Below the pieces are notes generated by a model. That model ran no database searches. It had not been told where the DNA came from and was given only the letters and a program-made list of their open reading frames with translations. Shown here piece after piece: positions 26,488 through 39,962 of a DNA stretch of 64,000 nt. Position numbers and translations under genes: made by a program. Position 1 is the stretch's first letter; each line of letters starts with the position of its first letter. Origin of the DNA: Lama glama (Eukaryota); contig CM052816.1 of NCBI GenBank assembly GCA_028534125.1, forward strand, positions 2,978,001 through 3,042,000, read 5' to 3'.

Positions 26488-27720
26488 TTTTTTTATTGAG
26501 GTAAGATTCACATAGCATAAAATTAACCATTTTAATCCAGTAGAATCCAGTGGCATTTAGCACATTCACAGCGTTGTGCAATAAGACAGATTTTTAAAGA
26601 ACTTTTAATTTTGAAATTAAAATTTTTAAGGCTAGTAAAGAGAACACCTGTATACCCTTTATCCAGATTCACCAATTTTTAAGATTTTGCCCTATTTGCT
26701 TGTCATTTTCCTCCTCCTTTACTGTCTTATCTGTATGTGCGCGCACGCCCACACACACACACACTCTTCTGATCCATCTGAAAGTAGGTTACATGCCTCA
26801 GGACTTAAGTGTACATTTTCTAAGAACAAGGATTATTCTCCTGTATGGCTATGATATAATTACCCGATTGAGAAGATTTAACATTGAAACAATAATTTTA
26901 TCTTTCTGAAGTCGATACTCCAGTTTTGTCAGTTACTCCACTCTAGTACAAAATTCAGCCCAGGATCATGTGAAATAATTGTCATGGCTCTTTCCTTTAA
27001 TGAAGAGTTCCTTAACCTTTCTTTCCTAACAAAAATGACGGTGCTTTTGAAGATTACAGGCCAGTTATTTTATATGATATTCCACAATTTAAGTTTAGCT
27101 GATAGTTCCTCAGTTTACGTATTCTGAGCTGGAAAATTATATTAAGTGATGTGTCCTTTTCAGGAGGAAAACATTTTTTGTATGTTCCTCATTAGCGATG
27201 TTAATTTTGACCACTCAGTCAAGGTGTTGTCTCATTACAACTAATAACTAGTCTGTAGGGAGAGACTCTGAGACCCCTTCCCCTCCTCATCACACTCCTC
27301 CCTAGACTTAGCATCTGCTGATTCTAACTTGAGCCAGTCTTTACTATAATGCTTACACATGGTGTGCTCATCCCTCCCCTTCTCTCCATAGTTACCAGTT
27401 TACTTTAAGCAAGAGCTCTCATTTTTTCTTTCCTCCATTCCTCCCTCATGGTTTTTCATTTTATTCAGTGAGCTGTAATCAATTATAGTCCTTACTTATT
27501 TCAGTACTTAAATTGTCACCAATGTAGCCAGCAAGAGCCCTGTAAAGCTGGCCTGTGTCCTTTTGACATGCCTGCCTGTCCGTCTGTCTGTATCTATTTA
27601 GAACACTTTCTCACTTTCTGGCACAAGAGGTTTCATTGATTATCCTGTATTTTCACTGCTTCATCCCTGGAGTCAGCCATTTCTGTAAGGACTCCTGGTT
27701 TTGCTTCCTTTTAGCAGTGA
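26488..27720 (-). mobile_element. L1 antisense fragments (L1MB-type tail at 26488-26582, then L1MC-type 3' UTR)
   Basis: ttttattgaggtaagattcacatagcataaaattaacc; ctggagtcagccatttctgtaaggactcctggttttgcttccttttag. Confidence 0.75.
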
Positions 27721-28914
27721 GGCAGATTTTAAAAAGAGGTTACATGGTGGATTACATAGAGAGATTTTTGTCATAATTAAGATGTTACTAGAACTTATGT
27801 GTAGGAGCACCTCCAGTACTGAGAATTGGTACATGGGACAAAGACTTAGTGTGCTGGTGCTGGTATTTTTCTTTTGGATAATTAATGTTTTGTTTCTGTA
27901 TTTTTAAACAGTAACAGAAAAAGATTTATGAAGGATGCCACATTGGTGTTCTCTCCTGTTTTTCCCACCTCCAGCAGTTTTTCCCACCTCCATAAATCAG
28001 TGAAGTATGAAAAGACAAAAATTAAAGCATATGTATACAAGTGTATATATTGTGCATAAGCTGATTATGTCAATAAAATGCTCTCATAGAATGTACTTTT
28101 TCTAAGATATTTCATGGTACAACCATCTACCTGTAACTCACATACTAATGTCTTATAACTTCTGTTTGGCTCTTAAATTGTTTACAGTTTAAACTGGGAG
28201 CTGATTGCTGAGTAATTTAAGCCTCAGTAATGGCAGCACTATTCTAATTAGAATGCTGGATGTTGACACTTTATTTAGCAAACAAATATAAAATACCTAC
28301 TTTCGTGACGTTTGTAGAGATAAGTATTGAGGATTAATTTTCTGTAGATAATCGTGGGATGTATATCTTAAGTGTATGCTTAGGCCTATTTACCCCAAAA
28401 CCAAATAGATAATTTGTTTGGAATATGAAATCCTTTTGACTTAAGTTGGAAAAAAACTAACCGTATGTTGAGAGTCACATTTTCCCAATAATTGAAAAGA
28501 ATAACTGTATATATAAAAATGTTTAAAAGCAGCAAAACTACACAATTCAAAATAATTAAATACAAGTAATTTGAAATTAAGAGTAGAGGAGCTTGAGAAA
28601 TTTGCTGGAGGTACAGCACTGGTGTTTGAATATCCCTTTGGCCATGTTGAGATTTATAAGGAATAATTTTAAAATTATAACAATACATAATTAACAATCC
28701 TTTTAGACTAATAACATTTTTTAGATACGAGTTTTTTGAATATATAGAGATACTCATCTTTTATTGAATGAGTTAAAGTATATTCCTGATGTTTGTATAC
28801 CCTCTGATAAACAAAATTCAAATTATAGGTATGCTTCTTATGTCTGAAACCCAGATGATAAATAGAATGAGGTATTGTACTAGGGACTGCAGGAAGCCAG
28901 AGGATAACCTGGCT

Positions 28915-29460
28915 TATTCATTTAATGACCATTTATTGATCATCTGGAACTCTTTCAGATACTTGAAGTACAGTTGTAAATAAGTTTCGATGGGGAGAGA
29001 GGTAAATAAAAAAGAGCAAGTAAACTTTTTAAAATATGAGGAAAAGGTGCTGAAGTAGAGAATGATGAATGGGGCTGTTTTAATCAGGGTGGTTGGAAGA
29101 GGCCTTTCTGAGGATATGGTATCTGCATTAAGACTTAAAGAATTTAAAGTAGAACACACAGAGTAAAGGAAAGAGTGTGTTCCAGAGAGAGGACACAAAG
29201 TGAGCAAAGACCCAGAGTAGGGAAGGAGCTGGTGAGAAAGCTGGAGAAGAGTGTGGCAAGAACATGGAAGGAGCCAGGTGGGCTCAGGGATTTGTAGGCC
29301 ATTGCATGGAGTTTGGATTTATTGTAAGTGTGTTAAGCCAGTGAGGAATTTTGATAGGCAGAGTAATGAAATGATCCCACTTATGTACATTGCTTTCAGT
29401 ACTGAGTTAGATAATGGATCAGGAGTGGGGAATGGGGTAAGAGGAAGAGGGGGCTTGGTT
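28915..29460 (-). mobile_element. L2 fragment
   Basis: ttcatttaatgaccatttattga...agggtggttggaagaggcctttctgagga...ggagtttggattttattgtaagtg. Confidence 0.75.
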
Positions 29461-29477
29461 AAAATCATAATTATAAC

Positions 29478-29720
29478 ATAGCAATTAGGAGCATAAAGTC
29501 TGGACCTTTATCTCTGGAGTCATACCACCTGGGTTCAAATCTTGAGCACACTACTTAATGGTTGTGTGGCCTTGAGTGAGATACTTAACTTCTTTGTGCC
29601 TCAGTTTCCTCATCTGTAAAAATGGATATAATAAGATTGTCTCATAGAGTTGTTAGGATTGGATAAATTCTTTATAAAGGACTTAGGACATTGCCTGGCC
29701 TATAGAGTTATATAAGTCTT
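29478..29720 (+). mobile_element. MIR SINE, near full length
   Basis: cctgggttcaaatc...tgtgtggccttgagtgagatacttaacttctttgtgcctcagtttcctcatctgtaaaa. Confidence 0.9.
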
Positions 29721-30500
29721 TAAAAAACCAATTAACATAAATATGCCGTCTTATGGACTAGAATGTGAAGCAGGTGATAAAATGTGTTCACTTGCCTCTG
29801 CCATTTGTGTTACTTCAGAAGGAACACAAAAGAATTAGTGCTATACAGTCTTTGTTTTGCTCAGTTCTCCTGTAGTAATAGATTTTGCAAAGTGAGGGCC
29901 TGGTCCAGTACGTACGAGTTTCAGTTAACAGGGTGCATGTAAAGCAAGGGCTGCTTGTGTATTAGAATTACAACTATAGAAGTGAAATCCATGATGCTCC
30001 CTAATCCATAGTTGACACTGAGCATAAGTAGGAGGTTTAAAGGTTTTGAAGTATTTTTTTCAGCCTTAAATTTTATGTTTAGCTCTTCAGCTATTTCTGT
30101 GGGAGACAGAAGTCTTGTGCCAAAATATCTTTTAACGTTTTCAGCCTTTCATGTAGGGATCAAAAAGTTAATTTTAGGGGCTGTAGTAAACTAACAAGTC
30201 TTTCTGGCTGTGACCCCAAAAGACCTGGGATTGAAACGTTCCATGACAGTTTTTAAAGAAAATTTTGTGAGGTTTGTATTTCTCTTGTCACTCTCTTTGT
30301 GTTTTTGTTGGTCAGAGGCTGTTTATTTTAGTCCTCTCCATTCATATCTTAATCTCTATTCTCTTCCATTGCCCTCCTCTGTTACCAAAATATCATAGAT
30401 TTCATTTATGTGTTTACTGGTCAGTTGTTAAATACCCATTTTATGTGAGGCGTTCATTGTTAGGCACTGAGAGGGAACCAGAAATGCATAATGGGTAGTA

Positions 30501-31131
30501 CAGTCAGTCCTGGTTCTTTGAGGTAGTTTTGTTTTACAAAGTCACTGCAAATACTGAACCTCTGTTCCTAGAGGAAATACAGGGTTAGATTCCTTTGGGG
30601 CTCTGGTCACAACATTTTTATCAACCAGTTAGTGTGTAACCTTTGTTTGTATAAGTTTCTATTTTAAAGACACCTTCTTTATATATGTAGATATATAGAT
30701 ATAGATATAGATTCATTAATATTGAACTCAGGGTCAACTACACTATACCTTATGCCAAACAGAGCTTATCTAACATATTTTCTCTGTAAGGTACATTATA
30801 ACATTCTTACTCTTAGAAGCACTAGATAGCACTTTAGCACTAAGCTTGGGGGCCATACTAAACAAAGGAATCAAGAAAAAGCATAAAGATCTGAAAAAAC
30901 CTAACACTGAATAGACCAGGGGAAAGGACATTTGTTTACAGTATGAGAACTGAAACAAGAAGACAGAGCATCACCTTTTTGACCTCAGCTGGGAATGTGT
31001 GACAGATGACTCATTCTTTGCTGTTCACAAATGGCCATGAAAATGTCGTGAATATTGATTTTGGTGTTACAAATACAATTTTAGTGAGCAAATAAACTAA
31101 CAAATACCGAGTCCTCAAATAATCAACTCTG
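30501..31131 (-). mobile_element. TcMar-Tigger non-autonomous DNA transposon (MER82-like) inserted in an L2
   Basis: Starts after TA with cagtcagtcc; internal gcactagatagcactttagcactaagcttggggggccat, gacctcagctgggaa and attgattttggtgttacaaat match MER82 as recalled. Confidence 0.75.
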
Positions 31132-31549
31132 CTTGTTTTTTTTAAACTTACAATATATTAAGGGGGTTAAGATAAATTCATGCATAGCCATTGTACAAGG
31201 CAGAGTATAATTCATCAGAGTTAAAATGTAATGTTTATTCCATCACAGGAAAGGGAGAGTATGGGTTGGAAAGAGGAAGGCTTCATTTTGCATCTTTGTT
31301 AAAAACTAGTTTTGATTTTAAATGATAGAAGATGTGGGGATTCCAAGGGTGAATAGTTAACGGAAGTAAGAGAGTAAAGGGCATGTTTAAATTTCAGCTA
31401 GTAATATAATTACCTCATAAAAGAAATGAAACAGAAGTAATGGGAGAAAAGGCTAGATAGATAGGTTGAGGCCAGATCGTGCAGGTCCTGATCACTAGTT
31501 TAGTTAGGACTTTGTTTAGTCAGAGGAAAGAAGCTATTTAATAATTTTA

Positions 31550-32480
31550 GTCCTTTTGTTCAGTTACTCAAGAAATACTTACTACATGTCTGCTGTCATC
31601 AACCTGTTCCAGGTACTGAGGATCTTTAAGTGAGTAAAACAGTTTGTGTCTTCTGGATGCTTTCAGTCCAGAGAGGGAAGCAGGCAAGTAAACAAACATG
31701 CTGTTATATAGTACACTGGGTTTAGTTTTAGTTCAAGACAGTGGAAAGCACATTATATGCTTTGCTGTGTAGCTCAGCTAAAATCTGATGATGAAGTGGA
31801 GTTAGTTGAGGGGGCAGGGATGGGTGTCCAGAGGACTTAGAGGGAACAGCAGTTGCACAGAGCTGGAGGTGAGAATGACAGTGATGGGACTAAAGAAATA
31901 AATTGGTATCTCACATGAAGGGCCTTTTTTTTGCCATGTTAGGGAATGTGGATTTCATCTTGAAGATAATAAGGAAGCCTTTGCTGCATTTAAAATCAGG
32001 GCTCAAATAGGTAGGATTTGTATTTCAGCAGGAGTTTATTTTGGCTCTAGTGTGTTGGGAGATAGAGGAGAAGCAGAGATACTAGTTACAAGGTTGTTGG
32101 CATGAGAAATGGTAGTCCCCCTGGACCATGGTGGTGGGAGTGTGGATAGGGAAAAGTACAGGGACATATTTGAGAGGTATTTAGAAAACAGAATTGGAAA
32201 GGAATGGATTGGAGGCTGGTTAGGAAGAGGGGAGAAAAGTAACCAATAGTGATACTTAAGCCATAAGCTTAAGTACAGGAGGAGGAAAATGTTTGGGGGG
32301 AAGGTTGTGATGAATTTGTGGTAGACAAACATGGCCAACACTAAGTATTAGGAAGATGAATCTGATTGCGGTTTAGAAGATGAATAAAAGGAGAATACAC
32401 CCAGAATGGAGAGATTGTTAAATCCGTTTGCAGGAGCTTAGGCTCGAGGTGAGTGCCTGTATTTTTAACGCAGAATGAAC
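31550..32480 (-). mobile_element. L2 fragments
   Basis: aaatacttactacatgtctgc...ccaggtactgagga; tggtggtgggagtgtggatagggaaaag. Confidence 0.7.
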
Positions 32481-33355
32481 AGGTCTTGGAAATTAATGGG
32501 AAGTAGGCAGTGAGGAAAGGACTCCCAGAGATGGCTCCAAACACCCCAGCAGCTGTACCACCCTGCCCGGCTTTGTGATGTGCCCTGAGGTCGTGTATCA
32601 GGATGGAAAACAGTTAAGCTACCTTCATGTTGCTCCCTGTCAGATACATAGAAACTAGCACATTATTGTTAAAAAGCAGCTCTAATTATAAGAGTAATCA
32701 ATTTTTCCACCCTTAGGACTTGATAAAGGTATTTTCTTTTTGAGTATCTCATGTACATATTTAATTGATCCTTAAGAAAAATGTTACCTCTGCAAGAGGG
32801 AGCCCAGAAAAGCAGCTGCTAGTGGGGAGAGGTATCCGCGTCCTCTCCCCAGCTCTTGCCTGAGTTTCTTTTTGTTTAGCTATGCATTATAATATGTAAA
32901 ATAAGTAAATTGTGCAGGAAGAAAAGATGTTGAACATAGGGTTATTAAATGAGGATTAAGAAACTAAAACGTAAAGCAAAAAAAAAATAAAGTGAGAACT
33001 TCGAAGAGATTGGAATAAAGTTTAAAAGTGTTTAAAAACCAAGGGGAGAAAAGGGTACAAAAAGAGTAAAACAGATGAAACTTAAACAAGATTGAAAATT
33101 AAGATCAACAGTAAAGTTTCAGTCAAGAGTTTTTTTTAAATATGACAAAAATAAATGAATTGTGGGAAAAAGGCTGTAAAACAGCCAACAGGTAAGAGTT
33201 TAAACACATAAAAGTAAAAGGTTAAAGGAGAAGCTATTAATTAGGTAAAAATAAGAAATAACAAATATTAAAAGCAGTGGTAAAGATAAAAAGTATAAAC
33301 TGATGACATTTTTGGAAGTTTGGAAAAGAGGACCATTAAAAAAAAATAATATATA

Positions 33356-33620
33356 CAGAAGTGGGTTTCTTGGGACACTTAACAGAATGCTCCAGAGAAA
33401 AGGTATGTTGTCCCCAAAGTTTTAGAAATTTTTAATGTAGTCCCCCTTTTGGAGACTCAAAATACTCATGAGAATGCTAAAGCCTCCAAGAAGTGTTGCA
33501 GTAGTAAAATTACCTTTGTTTTACATAACATTTCCCAAAGCTCACCGTGGAGCACACTTCATATATAACCCCTATTAATGTCCCCCAAAGTATTTTTCAC
33601 AGGACACTAGAGTACCGTTC
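33356..33620. mobile_element. hAT-Charlie MITE (MER3/MER33-like)
   Basis: tttggagactcaaaatactcatgagaatgctaaagcctccaagaagtgttgcagt...catttcccaaa. Confidence 0.5.
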
Positions 33621-36600
33621 AAGAAGAAAATAAAAAATGAAAATCTTAAAAGTTACAGAGTTACGTGATAAAAAAGAAACAGTCTGCTGGAAATAGAAAA
33701 TGGTTTTGGTTTGGGGCTGGCATTCACTCCTAGGGAGCCAGGGGCAGAGAGCAACCTGACACCCTTACCTTCTGGCCCTGCATCCATAGCTGGCTTTTCA
33801 GAAAGCTTTTATCCGTGCACGTAGGGCTCTGATGCAGCACACCGGCTGCTGAGGCAGGGCGGTGGAAGCTGATCCTCGGCAGAATTCAATTCCCCCCACC
33901 GCCATAGAACACTTCCCTAGCAAATGAAGAAAAGTTTTATATTATACAAGCTATTTTACTTTTCTTGAAAAAATCGGTTTTTTCATTGTATAAATAAAAT
34001 TTTAAAGAATGGGGCCCACCCCAACACTTTTTATTGGCTTTTTTTCCTTCTAGGCTTTGTCCTCATGCACATGGTTTTATGTAGTTGATATTGGTTGGTA
34101 TTCTTACAATTTTGTGTTGTAAGAGCTTTGTTTTCTGTGGCCAGGAAAGGAAGAATTTCCTAGTGGTGGCTGCCTCTGCCTGTTCTATTGCTGTGTTGTT
34201 CCAAGCACCATTGCTGTTAAATTTTGGAAGCAAGTTTTCATCGTGCTTCCCTGAAACACACGGACAGTTCTTCCCTTTTGTGAGCCTCCCCAAATCTTAC
34301 TGCTGCCAGAGTGCCTCTCTGGAAAATAATAACTCCTTAGCATCATGGGACTAGCCTTTGCTGGGACAGCTTTTTTTTAGCCTGTCATTTGCAGCCCAGG
34401 TCATAATAACAGCACCTGTGCGAGAGACAAAATAGAAGGGCTTCCATGTAAACGATCAAGACCCTTGAACCTCCAGACATTTCCTAGTATAATGATTTGT
34501 GCTCTTACATAGGAAACAGGATAGAGGAACTGAAGTATTGGGGCTTTTCTAACATCCTTTGTTCAGCCAGACACTTCGTAGAGTGAATTACATGGACCTT
34601 GTTTTTGGCATTTTGAGAGCTCAGAATTCTGCAACTTTTAATATTTCTAAATTGTAAATATAAACTGCAGGCTAGATAAGTTCCCTTTTTAAAATAGCTT
34701 ATAGATCTTTGACTTTTGCGTAATTTGCTTCTAGTTATATTACTCCAAGGGTTGATATGAATGAGGTAATTAAGTGAATCCAAAAAGTTAAGAGACTTTT
34801 ATCAGATGATGTCAGATTACCACTACAGGAGAAATTGCTGCCTAATATAAAATAAAACCCTCACTCATGATTGGTGGTGTACCAAGATTATTAAGGAGAG
34901 TGAACTTCAAAATACAAACTGTATTAAGCATAAAATAGCAGTTCTGTGCTAAGGCTTGTATTGATAGTTGTCCTGTTGCTAATACTCATTTCCAGATTTT
35001 TGGCCATTTCTTAATAACGATCATTTCTGCCTTGTTACATAGTTATGTTCTAGAAATCTTCATTTCAGTGTCCACACTATGGGTCAGATAGGTTGCTAGT
35101 TACTATGACTATAAAGTTCTGCAATAATGAATGAGATGTGGGTAAGTAGTAAGTGTTAATGCCAGTCTCCTCTAAGGGCCATATAAAGAATATCTTCAAA
35201 CTAAAAATAATAAATACCGGCAGAAAAATAACCATGTGTGCTAAATGCTTTACACGTCATTTCATTTAGTCTCTGTAGTACACAGGAACTACCTCTCAGA
35301 TAGGGAAACTGAGACACATGTGGTTGATTTGTCCAGGGATCAGAGACAAGATATGGTCCCTATTCATTTGTAACAAATTATCAATCAATTAATACATGTA
35401 TTATTTTTCTTTTCTACAAAATAGCCATAAAAAATGAAGCGGAGTATGAAAATACATATATATGTAGTATTTTCTTTTACTGTGGCCTTGTGTTTTGGAA
35501 CAGTTCTTGGAGTGTCTGAGAATCGGCTACTATCAAATGGGTTATTTAATTTGGTATTGCTAACCACTGAAGTTGTAAGGAAGGGGAAATAGTTGTATGG
35601 TTTCTTCCTCCCATGGGTCATAATTCAGTTGTGGACATCAGGATGTTTTTCTTGGCTTATCTCATCCATGGAGGTTTTCCTTTGCACATCTGTTACATAA
35701 ATTACTAAACTATTTCCTTGAGAAGTTGTCAGTTTGTCACACTTAGTAGTGATCAAGGAGTTGGTACCTTTTGGAAAAAAAGAATAAAATGACAGCCTTT
35801 GAGGGGCAGAAATCCAGCTACCATCCTGGTTTAAGTATTTGTGTTTGTTTGTTTGTTTGTTTGTTTTGGGTCAATTCCTTTATTTCTTTGAAGTATTGAA
35901 ATAATTATATGTGGTTTCTAGTGTTTCCCAAAAGACTTTATGTTGGACACTAAACATTTAATGATCTTTCATATAAAATGAGGTATTTTAATCACTATTT
36001 CTAAAAGTTTTTATCTTTCCAGTGATCAATTTATATGTACATTCTAGTCTGGTACATAGTTTGCCATTTGAAACTAAATTTGGAATGTTGACTTCTTTAA
36101 TGATTATTCATTTTGTATGCTGTTTTCTGACCTTGAATTCTACATAAACCATAAAATAGTAATTTTCTGTGGTTTTGGGGGAAGAAATTTTGTAAGATAT
36201 ATTACTTCTGCTAGTTACATGTTAGGACAACTTGATACGTAAATGATGAACAAATCAGCTGTCAGGAATCTCAGAAATTTTAGATGTGAGTCTGGGCACT
36301 GTTGGCGTATGTAAACTGATACTGAATCAATACCGGACATTTTCCTGGAATAGTAGGTAAACTCTTACATAAGGAAGGAACCGTATTTTTTAACGCACTC
36401 TTTGAAATTGTGTGTATTTGGAATGCTGCTTTTTAAGCTTGAAATCTTTAGATAAAGATATCATTTGGACTACTGATAATCTGTAATGGGTATTTTTAGA
36501 GATTAGAAGAGAAAGTATGTTATAAATTGGTTTCTGTCAGTTACTGATTAAAGTTCTTAGATTAAAAATTTTTTGCCTTACATTTCCTATTATGAACCAT

Positions 36601-36779
36601 TCTCCTTTTTAAAATGCAGTAGATTCTTGATAGATTTTTCTGTTCAGAGTTTTGACTGTTTTAAACAGATCTAGATTTATTACAGGAAATATGTATAATT
36701 TTGTTAAGATCCAAATCTGACTTGCATCTGTGGGAACTAGTCACTTAGCTAGTAAGCCAGTCACTGGCATCCATCTTGC

Positions 36780-37030
36780 AGCTCAGCTCTTTTGTGCTCC
36801 AGCTCTGAGCTGTGGTAACAACTTTTAATAACTTCTTTGTGAAAAACAACTCAAAGAAAGCTAACCTCCAGTACTGGTAGTGAATGTGGCAGATCCTAAG
36901 AAAATGATGATTCACAGACAGAAAAGAGAAGTTTTACACATATTTAGAGAGGAATGTATCAGATTTGGTGGTACCTTCGATTGATGAAACAATCAAACCT
37001 ATATGAAATCAGTGAAAAAATGAAAAAAAA
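36780..37030 (+). mobile_element. Degraded Tigger-type transposase 5' fragment
   Basis: aagaaaatgatgattcacagacagaaaagagaagttttacacatattt translates KKMMIHRQKREVLHIF, resembling the Tigger/CENP-B N-terminal HTH start; stops follow. Confidence 0.4.
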
Positions 37031-37735
37031 ATAAAACAAATAAAAAAAAACTTTAGGCAAAAGTTTTTACCTAAAGAAATTTGGTGAATCCGGATATTGT
37101 TGAGGAAGTATAATATGCACAGGATACTTTAATTCTTGATTGAATCTGTGAGATTGTCAGGAGTCTGTACATATATTTTTATTTTCATAATTTTAAAGAT
37201 ACACAGAGGTATTCAGTGCATCTTTCAAGAATGTTAAGGGTTTACTCTTGTAGTTTTTTTCTACCTGCAGTGTGGTGTTTTGTGTTTAATTTGCTCCCTG
37301 TTCACTTCCCTCTCAAAAAATTACGATACGGTACTACATACTTACGATATAAGTGGATTGAAATAGGGTATATGTTTTAGTAAGTAACCAGATTACTCTC
37401 CTGAAATCTTGTTACTGTAGAAGAATGGGTAAGATTTTAAATGTCTTCAATTTCAGTTTTTCCCTATTCATACTGATATTTTTACCTTGCTTTTAATATG
37501 TGTTTAAAGCTGGGTGGGGGGGTGTGGGTACGATGATTTCCTCCTTTTCAGCTGGATAGTTGGTATTTAATTTTACTAAAACCAAAGAAAATGTAATTTG
37601 CATGACTGAGAATATATCTTTTAAAACATTAATTCAGCATTTAGTTCTTTTTAGTAGCACGATTCGTGATGTCATCTTATATATCGTAGGCTTTTTCATT
37701 TAGCTCAGGTGCTATTACTGATTCTCTTCTTTTAG

Positions 37736-37831
37736 GGCATTACGGCACAGTGGAAAACAGGCTGCATTTAACAAGAAGTAGAAAGCCTAACCAAATTTGG
37801 ACATGCATTGCTATTTGCGAGTCGTGTGATC
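37736..37831 (+). other. Candidate 96-nt non-coding or poison exon (or alternative 5' exon) in CLINT1 intron 1
   Basis: Branch-like tactgat, pyrimidine tract and ttttag| acceptor; donor ATC|GTGAGT; in-frame TAG at 37779; local CpG enrichment. Confidence 0.45.
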
Positions 37832-39862
37832 GTGAGTGTATGTTTGTTGAAAAACTTCTCCACTAAGGCTGTGCTGTTACATTTGTTTCCCTCTCTCCTC
37901 ACGTGAAGGTTTAAATTTTTACTGATTTATTGTTTTGGTAGAGGGGCTTCTAGTAGTGGCAGCACTAGAGCCTTGGGTTTGCTTCCTGTGTACTTTTCAG
38001 TATTTATTTCGTTCCTTTTCTTGTGATACTGAGGGAGTGCTGTGGGTTCCCCTTTGTTTTAGCACTATAGCTGTTTTATAACTGAGATACTCTGTAGTCA
38101 TACATGATCATTACATCTGCTTTAGCAACATTAATTCTTCTACTGAACTGTCACTTGTGTTAAGACCTTCTTCATTGTTTCGTGTTTCATTTTCAGATCA
38201 ATAAAAGGCTTTTTTTTTGAAGGGTGGAACAATGAAATTTATGTATTTGTTGAATTTAGGAAAACTAGACTTTTTGGTTATCGACCATAAATTTGATACT
38301 GTCCCTAGGACTATAATAAAATGTAACTTGGTTTTGAAATGAGTGTTGAGCCTATCAATGTTCAGCTTGCAGATAAGGATAATGTGGTGCAGGCCATCTT
38401 CCTCTGATGAAAAATGAGTGTCATGTGGTCCATTATCAAGCTTTTAGAGCAAGTGTTCTTAAAACTATTTGCCTACTATTTTGTTTAGAAACATCTTTTA
38501 AAAGGAACAAATTTTCCTGACATAAGTAACTTGTTACTTAAGAAAACTATCTTTTTCAGTGTTCATTTTATGTGTGTTTTATTGTTTTTAAAAAGTTTTT
38601 TAAAGATTGCTGTTTTATAGGGAGTGAATAGTTTTACCTATATCATAAATCTATCTTCTGAAATCTTTGTGGTATTAAGATTAAGAGGTCAGTTTTAAAT
38701 ATAGGTTTTAATGTTGGAAATTGTTCTTCCCAAATACAATTTTTTTAAATCATGTTCATTTCAGTATTAGGTAACTAAATTGTCCCCTGTGGTTTTACAC
38801 ACATAGCATTTGGTATACATATTTTAGTATGTATACATATATTGTAGTTACTAGTTTGCTGCATTTATTAGCTTGATAACAAGACATTGGAAGTACAAAT
38901 AATACATGGTCTAACGTGATGCTTATTTGCCTATAAATAGTTAAAATGTCGCTAAGTACTCAATTTGTATTCTTAATGGCATTTAATACTTTTCTCTTAG
39001 TTACAGTATAATGTTCATGGGGGAAATTTTGGAAAATTCAGGAAAAGGAAAGTACAGTATGAAGAAAAAAGTACCATATTTAAAGCCATTACTTTGAACG
39101 CTGTATTTGTCTCTGTCTCTTGCTGCCCTTTTCTTTTTTTCTTCTAACTCTCTTGTGTCCGTAAGCGTGGATATACGTTCGACAAAGCACAAGTTTAAAG
39201 GTCAAAATACTGCTAAATATTTTTTCCTAATCTCAGAGTGAATGAAGTCTTTGTAATAACTTTAAAACAAAAAGAAAAAAGCATATTAGAAATACAGGCC
39301 CAGTTGACTTCATTTTTTTAAAAAAAGTTAAATTAAAAAGGCTGGCTAGGAAAAAGAGTTCTTAGTAAATCTGTTTCAATGTTCTTCCTTTGTTAGCAGT
39401 TAGGACTGCAGAATACCTATGCTTTACCTTTTCTCTGGCTGCATAGTTTTGTTTTAGCAAAGCATATTCTTGATCTTTGGCAGGAAAAAATATCATAAGG
39501 ACTGCTGAAGTTATTTCTTGTCAGTCATTTTACTGATTATTCTTAATGTAGATTGGAAGAAACATTGGCCATCTGTGAGTGAAAGCCCCATTTTAGCCTT
39601 TACTTTCAACCAGTTTTGCCTCCCAAACCTGGACCGGAACTATTACCAAATAAAATAACTTGATATTTTATCAGTAGTGAGTGGTGCAATAAGCAGAAAG
39701 TGGGAATTAAAGAGGAGGACCAAAAAGAGTACTAATTATTTACAGATTGAATACCCAGCCCTTGACTTAATTGAATATTGGCAGTGTTCATATAGCCATA
39801 GAAGCATGTACACAGAACTCGAGGATGGTAACTTAGTAGTTGGCATTAAAAGTCCAGTGAGT

Positions 39863-39962
39863 ATGAAAAAGAGTATGTATATATATTGTATAACTGATCA
39901 CTCTGCTGTACACCAGAAATTAACACAATGTTGTAAATCAGCTATACTTCAATTAGCAAAAT
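39863..39962 (+). mobile_element. About 100-bp 5'-truncated L1 with target-site duplication
   Basis: tgtataactgatcactctgctgtacaccagaaattaacacaatgttgtaaatcagctatacttcaatt, flanked by aaaagtccagtgagt and aaaatccagtgaat. Confidence 0.85.
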
